From assembly GCA_965228855.1 (NCBI GenBank), contig CBDDIJ010000002.1:32001-96000 (forward strand): 64,000 nt of DNA. The letters run 5' to 3'. The translations under genes were made by a program, and so were the position numbers. Of this stretch, positions 38,915 to 48,380 are shown in pieces (the stretch's first letter is position 1; each line of letters opens with the position of its first letter). Origin of the DNA: Candidatus Obscuribacterales bacterium. GTDB lineage: Bacteria > Cyanobacteriota > Vampirovibrionia > Obscuribacterales > Obscuribacteraceae. The notes beneath the pieces are model-generated. The model did not search any database and was not told the DNA's origin. It saw nothing but the letters and a program-made list of their open reading frames with translations.

Positions 38915-41914
38915 ATGTTGTTCAGAAATCTCACGCATGTGCGCGGTGTCCTGGTAATGGCTCTGCTCCTTATCATCTCGGTGATAGGTGCACAGCCGGC
39001 ATTCGCGCAGAACCAACAGACGTGGCTGCCGGACTTCAGTCCGGACCGGCACGTCTACGTCGATCCCCTGCTTTCCAACAACCGGCAGGCGCCCGTGAAT
39101 CTGAGTTCCATCGAATCCGATCTCATCCGCGAGGGTGAGCGGCACGGGCTCAAGGTTTACGTGGTCGCCACGCAGCAAGGTTCCGACCTGCTGCAGTCCG
39201 ACATCCCCGGTCGAGACGCGCTCGACAAGCTCGTCTTGAAGTGGCAGTCGCGACCCGGTTTCCCGTCCGACAACTATCTCGTCGTCATGTGGGTCCGCCG
39301 AGCGGACAATCCCAATAAGGGTTCGGTTGCAGCCAACGGCGGCAACTGGTTCTCCGATTGGAACATGACCGGCGCCTATTTCTCGGACCCGCAGAACGGT
39401 CCGGTCATCCCCAACCTGCGCCGCTTCATGCCGCAGGACCCGGCCGGCGCCTTCGTCGCAGTTGTCCAGACGGTCAACAGCGATATCGACACCATCAAGG
39501 CTCGCCAGGCGAAAGCCGAGGCGGACCGCAAGCTCCAGGAGATGATGCCGTACTATCTCGGCGGCGGCGGGCTCGCCATCGCCTTCCTCGGCACGCTCAT
39601 CTGGCTGCTCATGCGCAACTCCTCGCGGCGCAAGCGCGCTCAGAAGCTGATCGCCGACTTCGAGACCAGCCTCAACAGCGCCAACGAGCTCTATCTGAAG
39701 CTGCGCGACTATCGCGGTTTCCTCACCGATCAGGGTGACTGGAAGTCGCGTTTCAAAGGTCGCACGCTCTCGACGTTCACGGCGGCCTGCAAGGACTTCG
39801 CCGACTTCTCCGTTCGGCGTAAGGTCGCCAACGACACACTGGAGGCGGCGAAGAAGGCGTTCGAGCGCAATCGGTTTCCGTCCATAAAAGGTCTGACCGA
39901 ATGCGAAGAGCTGCTCAGCAAGCGTGTCATCACCATCACCGGTGACGACCTGCCGCTGGAGGAAGCGACGCTGTTCGGCGGTCTGGTCGAGAAGGCGGAC
40001 TACGAGCCGGGCGCGCTGCTCAACGCCATGTCGGAACTCTTCGACAAGACGAACAAGGCGCTGTCCGGCATCGTCAAGGCGTTCGAAGGCGCGCGCCAGA
40101 ACAAGACCGACGTCGAACATCTCGACGCGCAGATCGACGCCCAGCGCAAGGACATCGAAGCCGCCGAACTCACGATGGCGCCCTACGAGGCAACCATCGC
40201 CGAGCTCAAGCGCGGTCAGGCGGCGTTCGTCGCCATCCTGTCCTCGGACCCGCTCGAAGCTTTCAGCGGGTCGGAAACCGTGGAAGCCGGCTTCAAGGCT
40301 CTGGGCGAGAAACTCATCCGCGCGATCGGCATCAAGAAGTCGCTGCCCGCGGTGAAAACCCAGATCGACGGCTCCGAGACCAAGGCAACCAAGAAGCGCG
40401 GCGAAGACGCGGTCTACCTGTACGTTCTCGGCGAGGGCGAAAGCCAGCCGCAGACCGCGCAGGGCGCCAAGTTCATGCTCGCCGAGAAGGGCTCCAATCC
40501 GGATACCTTCGTCGCCGATGCTCGCGGCAGCCTGAAGAACGCGCACGAACTCGTCTACGCCGCCAAGCTGGACGAAGCCGTGACCGCGAAGGAGAAGGCG
40601 GAATCGCTCGCCAAGCAGGCAAGCGACCTGGTGGACGACATCGTCGCCGCCAAGGCCTGGGTGGAAACCAAGGTCACGCCGGCGCGCAACACGCTCGCCA
40701 GCCTCCGCACCGAGCTTCCCGACGCCGACACGGCTGTCGTGGAGCTCAAATCGGACTTCCTGGCCAAAAACTATGGAAGCCATCCGACTGCGGTCGACGA
40801 GTCGCATGCGACCGAGAAGGGCACTCCGAGCCTGCTCGCACAGGTAAAGGTGCTCTACGACGCGCAGAACTTCGTCGGCGCCCGCGCGCTCGTGAAGAGC
40901 ACGCAAGCCGCGCTCGACGGCGCCCGCACCAAGCTCACGCAGGCTCACGCCCTGCTCAAGGAGCTGCGCCGCCTGCGCCAGGACAGCCGCGACACCGTGG
41001 CGACGTGCCTGACGACCGCTCAGCGCCTGCGCGCCAAGCTGCGCGACAACGCCTTCACCACGGCAGCTGCAACCGACAACGCATTCGCCGAGGCCGACCG
41101 CAAGCTCGGTCTGCAGAAGGCGGAAGCGGACAAGAAGATCGCCGATTGGCCGGCGGTCAACAAGGCGGTTCACGAGGTCGTGGCCAGCTTCGATGGTTTC
41201 GACAAGGCGATCGACGCGCAGCGTCGCGCTTACGACCAGGCCAAGGAAGACTTCGCGGTTCTCGACGCAGCCATCGGCTACGCCGCACCGAAGGTCGCCA
41301 ACGACGTCACCACCGACGATACCAAACGGGCGCTCGCGTCCGTGCGGACCGCGCGTGGACAGCTCCAGAACAAGCTCAACACCGCCAAGTCCGACTGGGT
41401 CGCACTCAGCCGCGAGATTGGCGAACTGAAGGCTGACGCGGATGGAGCCAAGGAGCAGGCCGAGCTCGAGATCAAGACCTGTGCCGAGGCGCAGTCGGCC
41501 TACCAGTCGGCAAGCGAGAAGATCAACGAGGTCAACCGCCGGTCATACGGCGAAGGCGTCGATGCGGACCTCTCGACCGCAAACTCGCGCCTGCGCGAGA
41601 GCTCCTCGTACTTCCGCAACAAGGACTACGCCGAGGCGAAGTCGAAAGCCAAGCAAGCCTACAAGGCAGCCGAAGAGGCTGATGATGCAGCCGAGAGCCT
41701 CGCTCGTCGTCGCAAGCGCGACCGCGAAGAGGCTGCGGCAGCTGCGGCTCGCGCTGCGGCAGCCGCCCTCCGCGCCTCGCAGCAACGCAGCAGCGGTGGC
41801 GGTTTCAGCGGTGGCGGCTCGCGTACCGGTGGTGGCAGTTCCGGCGGAGGGGGCTTCAAGTCCAGCTCCGGCGGCAGCAGCTACAGCGGCAGGAGCGGCG
41901 GCGGCAACTACTAG
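38915..41914 (+). CDS. 999-aa membrane protein: signal peptide, TPM-like domain, TM helix, long coiled coil, Gly/Ser-rich tail
   Basis: RBS ggaga then ATG at 38915; signal AFA-Q; TM YYLGGGGLAIAFLGTLIWLL; about 700 aa of helical sequence; tail GGGFSGGG...SGGGNY typical of TPM-family proteins. Confidence 0.72.
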   Translation: MLFRNLTHVRGVLVMALLLIISVIGAQPAFAQNQQTWLPDFSPDRHVYVDPLLSNNRQAPVNLSSIESDLIREGERHGLKVYVVATQQGSDLLQSDIPGRDALDKLVLKWQSRPGFPSDNYLVVMWVRRADNPNKGSVAANGGNWFSDWNMTGAYFSDPQNGPVIPNLRRFMPQDPAGAFVAVVQTVNSDIDTIKARQAKAEADRKLQEMMPYYLGGGGLAIAFLGTLIWLLMRNSSRRKRAQKLIADFETSLNSANELYLKLRDYRGFLTDQGDWKSRFKGRTLSTFTAACKDFADFSVRRKVANDTLEAAKKAFERNRFPSIKGLTECEELLSKRVITITGDDLPLEEATLFGGLVEKADYEPGALLNAMSELFDKTNKALSGIVKAFEGARQNKTDVEHLDAQIDAQRKDIEAAELTMAPYEATIAELKRGQAAFVAILSSDPLEAFSGSETVEAGFKALGEKLIRAIGIKKSLPAVKTQIDGSETKATKKRGEDAVYLYVLGEGESQPQTAQGAKFMLAEKGSNPDTFVADARGSLKNAHELVYAAKLDEAVTAKEKAESLAKQASDLVDDIVAAKAWVETKVTPARNTLASLRTELPDADTAVVELKSDFLAKNYGSHPTAVDESHATEKGTPSLLAQVKVLYDAQNFVGARALVKSTQAALDGARTKLTQAHALLKELRRLRQDSRDTVATCLTTAQRLRAKLRDNAFTTAAATDNAFAEADRKLGLQKAEADKKIADWPAVNKAVHEVVASFDGFDKAIDAQRRAYDQAKEDFAVLDAAIGYAAPKVANDVTTDDTKRALASVRTARGQLQNKLNTAKSDWVALSREIGELKADADGAKEQAELEIKTCAEAQSAYQSASEKINEVNRRSYGEGVDADLSTANSRLRESSSYFRNKDYAEAKSKAKQAYKAAEEADDAAESLARRRKRDREEAAAAAARAAAAALRASQQRSSGGGFSGGGSRTGGGSSGGGGFKSSSGGSSYSGRSGGGNY

Positions 41915-42121
41915 CCTTCGCTCAGCGTCGAGACAAAAATCTCGACGCCAATGTTGTTGTTTAAACCAAAGGAGGCGGTGCAAAACAGCGCCTTCTGTTC
42001 GTAGCGAAATTAAACGGCTTGCCTCGTGGCGAGCCGTTTTCGACTCCAATCCGTCGACTGTTCGGAACCACTCCGGCAGCGACTCAACGACCCAATGGGT
42101 CACACGAAAGGTTCAATCACT

Positions 42122-42880
42122 ATGACACCCGGCACCATCATCACCATCGCCGCCCTCGTCGGTCTCGTCGTCCTCGTCTGGAAGTGGGACGCCCTCCGCC
42201 AGCTGCTCCGCATCAAGGGCAGCCAGGCCGTCGCCTCCGGCACCACCGCCGTCGAGCGCAACAAGGACCGCTACAAGCAGCTCAAGGCACTCCTCCCCGC
42301 CCAGCGCAACAACGTCGCCAACTGCATGGCCACCGTCGATGACGTGACCAAGGAACTCGGCGAAGCCGAGAAGGCCCTGGACACCATCAAGGACGAGTAC
42401 AAGACCGCCACCGAGATGGGCGCCTCCGAAGCCGCTCTCGACACCCTCGGCAAGCGCTTCGAAGCCGGCGAGCAGAAGGTCGACCGCATCAAGGGTCGCC
42501 TCGCCGAAGCCAAGTCCGCCTCCGACGAAGCCCAGACCGCCCTCGATTCCACCATCGAGAGCATCAAGGCCTTCGGCGACAAGATCGAGGACAGCGAGCT
42601 CGCCAGCAACCTGACCAAGGCCCTCGAGACCGCCGCCGCCGCCAAGCAGCAGGCCAAGGACATCAACGACAAGCTCTCCGAGGCCTCGGCCGACTTCGAC
42701 GCCGTCGACCACGACCTCAACGTCGCTCGCGCCAAGAACAAGCTCGGTGACGGCACCGCCGCAGACCGCGAGCTCGACGAGATCAAGAAGAAGGCCGGCG
42801 CCAAGTCGGGCCGCTCCAAGCTCGACGCGCTGACCAAGGGCACCTCCAACCCGCCCGCCGGCGACCAGCCCCAGAGCTGA
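42122..42880 (+). CDS. PspA/IM30 (ESCRT-III-like) protein with N-terminal hydrophobic anchor, copy 1
   Basis: 252 aa; residues about 6-20 hydrophobic (IITIAALVGLVVLVW); the remainder follows PspA helix register by manual alignment. Confidence 0.75.
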   Translation: MTPGTIITIAALVGLVVLVWKWDALRQLLRIKGSQAVASGTTAVERNKDRYKQLKALLPAQRNNVANCMATVDDVTKELGEAEKALDTIKDEYKTATEMGASEAALDTLGKRFEAGEQKVDRIKGRLAEAKSASDEAQTALDSTIESIKAFGDKIEDSELASNLTKALETAAAAKQQAKDINDKLSEASADFDAVDHDLNVARAKNKLGDGTAADRELDEIKKKAGAKSGRSKLDALTKGTSNPPAGDQPQS

Positions 42881-43234
42881 TCGGCATCGTCGTCAACGCT
42901 GAGCTGAACAGCTCCGCTTGAGCTGACTCGCCACTGGCATCAGCATGAGCTGAATTGCCCTCGGCGCCCAGCAGTTCAGAGTTCCGCTGCTGGCTGGGCT
43001 TCCATGCTCAGCCAGCAGTTCCAATCAGAAATAAGCGGTATCACATCCGGTACCGCGCCCTTGTCAGGGTCGCCTATCGCATCACGCCTCGCGTGGTGAG
43101 AGTTTTCCGCGGCACAGCCGTCGCTTGCCGCAGTCTGAGCCTGGCATCGGCTCGTCCGTCGATGCCTTTCCAGGCACGAGCATCCCGCTCTGCCTCACAG
43201 GACCAACGTGTCCAATCTGACTGGAGAAATCAAC

Positions 43235-43993
43235 ATGACCCCCGGTACCATCATCACCATCGCCGCCCTCGTCGGTCTCGTCGTCCTCGTCTGGAAGTGG
43301 GACGCCCTCCGCCAGCTGCTCCGCATCAAGGGCAGCCAGGCCGTCGCCTCCGGCACCACCGCCGTCGAGCGCAACAAGGACCGCTACAAGCAGCTCAAGG
43401 CGCTCCTCCCCGCCCAGCGCAACAACGTCGCCAACTGCATGGCCACCGTCGATGACGTGACCAAGGAACTCGGCGAAGCCGAGAAGGCCCTGGACACCAT
43501 CAAGGACGAGTACAAGACCGCCACCGAGATGGGCGCCTCCGAAGCCGCTCTCGACACCCTCGGCAAGCGCTTCGAAGCCGGCGAGCAGAAGGTCGACCGC
43601 ATCAAGGGTCGCCTTGCCGAAGCCAAGTCCGCCTCCGACGAAGCCCAGACCGCCCTCGATTCCACCATCGAGAGCATCAAGGCCTTCGGCGACAAGATCG
43701 AGGACAGCGAGCTCGCCAGCAACCTGACCAAGGCCCTCGAGACCTCCGCCGCCGCCAAGCAGCAGGCCAAGGACATCAACGACAAGCTCTCCGAGGCCTC
43801 GGCCGACTTCGACGCCGTCGACCACGACCTCAACGTCGCCCGCGCCAAGAACAAGCTCGGTGACGGCACCGCCGCCGACCGCGAGCTCGACGAGATCAAG
43901 AAGAAGGCCGGCGCCAAGTCGGGCCGCTCCAAGCTCGACGCGCTGACCAAGGGCACCTCCAACCCGCCCGCCGGCGACCAGCCCCAGAGCTGA
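43235..43993 (+). CDS. PspA/IM30-like protein with N-terminal hydrophobic anchor, copy 2
   Basis: Same protein as copy 1 except one A-to-S change (LETSAAAK); RBS ggaga. Confidence 0.75.
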   Translation: MTPGTIITIAALVGLVVLVWKWDALRQLLRIKGSQAVASGTTAVERNKDRYKQLKALLPAQRNNVANCMATVDDVTKELGEAEKALDTIKDEYKTATEMGASEAALDTLGKRFEAGEQKVDRIKGRLAEAKSASDEAQTALDSTIESIKAFGDKIEDSELASNLTKALETSAAAKQQAKDINDKLSEASADFDAVDHDLNVARAKNKLGDGTAADRELDEIKKKAGAKSGRSKLDALTKGTSNPPAGDQPQS

Positions 43994-44360
43994 TCGGCGA
44001 CCAGGCGTTCGGCTGGCTTGCTGTAAGGCAGGCCGGTCGACGCCAAAACGCCACCAGCATGTTCGTCTGATATGCAAACAAGCTGAGTGGCTCAGTTGAA
44101 AGTACGTTGTTCAGCTGAATTCCGCTGCCGCCTGGGCTTCACGCTCAGTCGGCAGTTTGGTTGCGTATCGACACCGCACCCAGTGTCACCGCATGCTCGC
44201 ACGCGACTTGCGAGTAGTCGAGTTTTCTAAACCGTTCCCAGGTTTGCGAACGGTCGCCTCAGTTCACTTCGCGTCGGCAACATCGCCGGCGTTTTCCGGC
44301 ACGAGCATCCCGCTCGCGCTCCAACGGACCAAGTGTCCAATCTGACTGGAGAATTCAAAC

Positions 44361-45119
44361 ATGACCCCTGGCACCATCATCACCATCGCCGCCCTCGTCG
44401 GTCTCGTCGTCCTCGTCTGGAAGTGGGACGCCCTCCGCCAGCTGCTCCGCATCAAGGGCAGCCAGGCCGTCGCCTCCGGCACCACCGCCGTCGAGCGCAA
44501 CAAGGACCGCTACAAGCAGCTCAAGGCGCTCCTCCCCGCCCAGCGCAACAACGTCGCCAACTGCATGGCCACCGTCGATGACGTGACCAAGGAACTCGGC
44601 GAAGCCGAGAAGGCCCTGGACACCATCAAGGACGAGTACAAGACCGCCACCGAGATGGGCGCCTCCGAAGCCGCTCTCGACACCCTCGGCAAGCGCTTCG
44701 AAGCCGGCGAGCAGAAGGTCGACCGCATCAAGGGTCGCCTCGCCGAAGCCAAGTCCGCCTCCGACGAAGCCCAGACCGCCCTCGATTCCACCATCGAGAG
44801 CATCAAGGCCTTCGGCGACAAGATCGAGGACAGCGAGCTCGCCAGCAACCTGACCAAGGCCCTCGAGACCGCCGCCGCCGCCAAGCAGCAGGCCAAGGAC
44901 ATCAACGACAAGCTCTCCGAGGCCTCGGCCGACTTCGACGCCGTCGACCACGACCTCAACGTCGCTCGCGCCAAGAACAAGCTCGGTGACGGCACCGCCG
45001 CCGACCGCGAGCTCGACGAGATCAAGAAGAAGGCCGGCGCCAAGTCGGGCCGCTCCAAGCTCGACGCGCTGACCAAGGGCACCTCCAACCCGCCCGCCGG
45101 CGACCAGCCCCAGAGCTGA
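44361..45119 (+). CDS. PspA/IM30-like protein with N-terminal hydrophobic anchor, copy 3
   Basis: Protein identical to copy 1; RBS ggaga. Confidence 0.75.
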   Translation: MTPGTIITIAALVGLVVLVWKWDALRQLLRIKGSQAVASGTTAVERNKDRYKQLKALLPAQRNNVANCMATVDDVTKELGEAEKALDTIKDEYKTATEMGASEAALDTLGKRFEAGEQKVDRIKGRLAEAKSASDEAQTALDSTIESIKAFGDKIEDSELASNLTKALETAAAAKQQAKDINDKLSEASADFDAVDHDLNVARAKNKLGDGTAADRELDEIKKKAGAKSGRSKLDALTKGTSNPPAGDQPQS

Positions 45120-45236
45120 TCGGCGCCTGACTGACTCCGGAAACATCAATCGCGGTTGATGTTTCACCGGCTGGCTGCGTAACTGATTGGAATAAACTTC
45201 CGTCGGTTCCAGCCAGCCGGTTCGGTCGTCAGTCTT

Positions 45237-45279
45237 TCGAAACGGTTGTAGGACCTGGTCCTTCAGTCGTTTCGATTTT
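45237..45279 (+). terminator. Probable intrinsic terminator after the third PspA-like gene
   Basis: tcgaaacggttg...cagtcgtttcga hairpin followed by tttt. Confidence 0.55.
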
Positions 45280-45496
45280 CAAACCAAGTCTGCTAAATGC
45301 CCTAGTAGAAGATTTCGATTGTGTCAATGACAGAGCGACGAAATCTGCTAAATCCGTCGCTATGGGATCGACGGAGCTGGTTCTACAATCGGTCTGTCAA
45401 TGACACAGCGACGGAATCCGCTAAATCCGTCGCTCTAGGATTGACACTGCAGGTCGGCAAAAGAAACACCGGCAGGCACAGCAGTCCAGCCCGTCC

Positions 45497-47568
45497 TTAC
45501 TGCTTGATCACCCAGCGCAACCAGCGCATCGCTTCGGCAACTGCAGTCGCCGAAGCCGGGCAGCCACGCGGCAGCTGCGGTCGGTTTCCGTCAAACATTT
45601 CAGAAATCGAATTCAAACAATCCTCGCTCGAGATATGGTCGAAGATAGGCTGCCAGAGCAGCCGAATGCGATTCACCGTTTCAGGCATCGGCCCGAAAAC
45701 ATTAACGAGCGCATCGCAATACTGCCCAATCAACCAGGGATACGCAGTTCCCTGGTGCCTCGACAAATCCCTGTGATACGGATCCGGATGGGCGAGCCCG
45801 CACCCAAAAACGCCTTGATAGCTCGGGTCCGAAGGCGACAAAGTCCTCACTCCCATCGGAGTAAGTAACTCCTCCTCCACCACCCGCAGTATCGCTTTTT
45901 CCTGATCGACGGAAACGCACGATACGGCAACGACACTGCCAGCAGCTGATTACAGCGGACACTATCGTCCTTCCTCTTACTCTGCGGCACACCCGTATCG
46001 ATAATATCGAACAGGCAAGAGCGCTCCTCGTTCCAAAACTTGCTCATCGAATTCTTGGCTTGCTCAGCCAGTTTCCTCACTCGCGTCGCATCGTCGTGCG
46101 TGACGGTTTCGGCAAAAAAGGCTACTGTTTCCAGGAAGTTATACCAGAGAGCACATAGCTCCACAGCCTTGCCGGAGCGCGGCGTAATCGGCATGCCCTC
46201 TACTTTGGTGCCCATCCAGGTGAATGCTCTGTCCTTATCTGCACATCGAAGCAAACCGTCATCCGGGTCGACGGAAATCCCCTGGTTCGTTCCGTTCACA
46301 AAATGGTCGATTGCGGAAATCATCTCCGGAAGCTGCTCGGCGACCAACTCCTTGTCCTGAGCAACACGGTAATATTTATATAGAGCCCATCCCCACCACA
46401 GAGTCACGTCAGCAGCTTCATAATCGAATCGCGGCTCAGTTTCGCCACTTTTAAGATCCAGCACCCAGTTCGGCATGATACCGTTTTTAATACCAGTCGC
46501 CTGGGCGCGAAAAATGTCTTTAGCGGCATCGAACCGCCGCGTCGAAACAGTCAATCCCGGCAGAGCCAGCATGGCAGCGCGTCCGCCGCTGTTATACCAG
46601 GGATATCCTTCTATAACTGATTTCATCGGTTCATCGTTCCTAGTCGTAACAAGAAACTGATCGCATGCAAGCAGCATCATATCTGCCCTCTGCGAATTAT
46701 CCAGATTTGACCGATCGATAAGTTCCTTTTGACGCGCCACCACCTCTTTCAGAGCAACGCCACAATCCGGCGCCTGCAGAGGCTTTTCATAACTCGCACC
46801 CAAACAAAATGACTTGTCAGCCTGCAACTTCGCCGAAACAGACCCAACTAAATAAAGATCCTCAGTATTCGGAAGTCCCCTGATAGACTCGATCGGCCAG
46901 TCGAAATCCCACCACCACTGCTTCTGCGATTCATATTTGCCATCACCCCAGGTCAGGCACAGACGGCTGTTCTCATCCAATATAATCACGCTCTGATTGG
47001 GAGATACAAACTGCGCATAGGTTTTATCCGCCGACCCATGCAGCTCTCCATGCATATCTCGGAAGCCCACCAAAAATTTGCAAGTCAATTTGACGTCGTT
47101 GCGCGCCGAATCATCTTCCGGAATCCAGTGATATCCCATATGCACTTGATCGGTGCCCCACGGGTGTACCAACTGTTTCACCAAATAGTTTCCATCAAAC
47201 TCGAAAACCCAGGTCGGACAGGGCAGTGGCGTAAACGACTCCATGAACTTATAACCTGTCGGTGATACCACGCCTGATTCCCAATGGTTGGTAGACAGCT
47301 CATAGTCTCGCCCGTTGATTCGCAACACTTCTTCCACGCGAGACAAGATCAGATGCCGGTTCACCATCGGCTTGACAGCAGAAACCAATACCGCATGATA
47401 CCGCCGGCGGTTCGCGCCGGAGATCGTCCCCATCGAAAAACCGCCCAGTCCATTCGTCACCAACCATTCGCGGTTATCCGGCCTGTCGCGCGACGGATAG
47501 ACGACGGGGATCTCGTAATTGAGCTCCGGATATTGAGATTTCAGCCAGCCGATTATGCCGAAAGTCAT
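45497..47568 (-). CDS. Glycogen debranching enzyme (amylo-alpha-1,6-glucosidase) with a single frameshift near 45,913
   Basis: REWLVTNGLGGF, RRYHAVL, GYPW, TPRSGKAVELCALWYN, RCNQL; continues in another frame as LLTPMGVRTL...HQGTAYPWLIG...SEMFDG...PRGC. Confidence 0.88.
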
Positions 47569-47795
47569 GCCCAACTCTCGCTAAAAAACGCGTGCCGTTT
47601 CATCCAATTTTTATGCGCCATAAGTCCCAGGTTGGAATCGTCGAATCTCTTGTGGTACTTCGTTCCCGGCAGAAACTTTTTCCAACCTCAAATACATAAA
47701 GCTTGGCGCCGGAGCAGTTTAAAAGTTACCTTTCGATTCAAACAAATGCGCCCACCAGCCTACATACGCGATTTCGAAAGCGATACGCCCTGCAA

Positions 47796-48332
47796 TTAAA
47801 CCTTAATCAGAGGCACGCTCTCACTGGAAAGTTTTGAGCGCCGCCACTCCGACGTGTTCCGCGAATGCGAGCCAGCGTCGAGTTTTTGGGCCTCGTCGAA
47901 GCGTTTTAACAGTGTTAAAACATCGCGATAGTTACCCAAAATCATCTTAGTTTCCGGATGGTTCCTTCCCAACATGCGCTCTTTAATTGCGAGCGCTTGT
48001 TTGTAGAACGGCTCCGCATCCGCATATTTGCCCCAGGCGTGATAGAGCATCGCCATGTTGTTCGCAACGATCGCGACGTCAAAGTGATCGCGACCGAGCT
48101 TGCGCTCGTACTTGCGCAAAAGGCGACGCAGCAGAGGCGCCGCCAGGGAAAACTTTTGCTGATACCAGAACGTCTCCGCCAGACTTTCCAAGGTGTAGGT
48201 CAGTCGAACGTCGTCGCCGTTGCCCTCTGCAACTTCAAGCGCTGCCAGAAAATGCTGCTCAGCCGATGGGTAATCGCCAGCCGCGACTGCGGTTTCAGCG
48301 GCACTTATGAAAACGTCGTATTCATCTGGCAT
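47796..48332 (-). CDS. Tetratricopeptide repeat protein
   Basis: ANNMAMLYHAWGKYADAEPFYKQALAIKERMLGRNHPET (kinesin-light-chain-type TPR). The start is placed at MPDEY because the upstream extension of the ORF is repeat DNA. Confidence 0.85.
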   Translation of the reverse strand: MPDEYDVFISAAETAVAAGDYPSAEQHFLAALEVAEGNGDDVRLTYTLESLAETFWYQQKFSLAAPLLRRLLRKYERKLGRDHFDVAIVANNMAMLYHAWGKYADAEPFYKQALAIKERMLGRNHPETKMILGNYRDVLTLLKRFDEAQKLDAGSHSRNTSEWRRSKLSSESVPLIKV

Positions 48333-48380
48333 GGCGCAGCACCTGCAAATCCAATTGGAAATATATTGTACCACCGCGTC

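Noticed and set aside
42955..43455. His-run ORFs (HHHHH) overlapping the starts of the PspA-like genes
   Set aside because: They are off-frame readings of acc-atc-atc-acc-atc codons, not metal-binding peptides.
42122..45119. Diversity-generating retroelement template/variable repeats
   Set aside because: Differences are few, mostly synonymous and not confined to adenines; no reverse transcriptase is present in the window.
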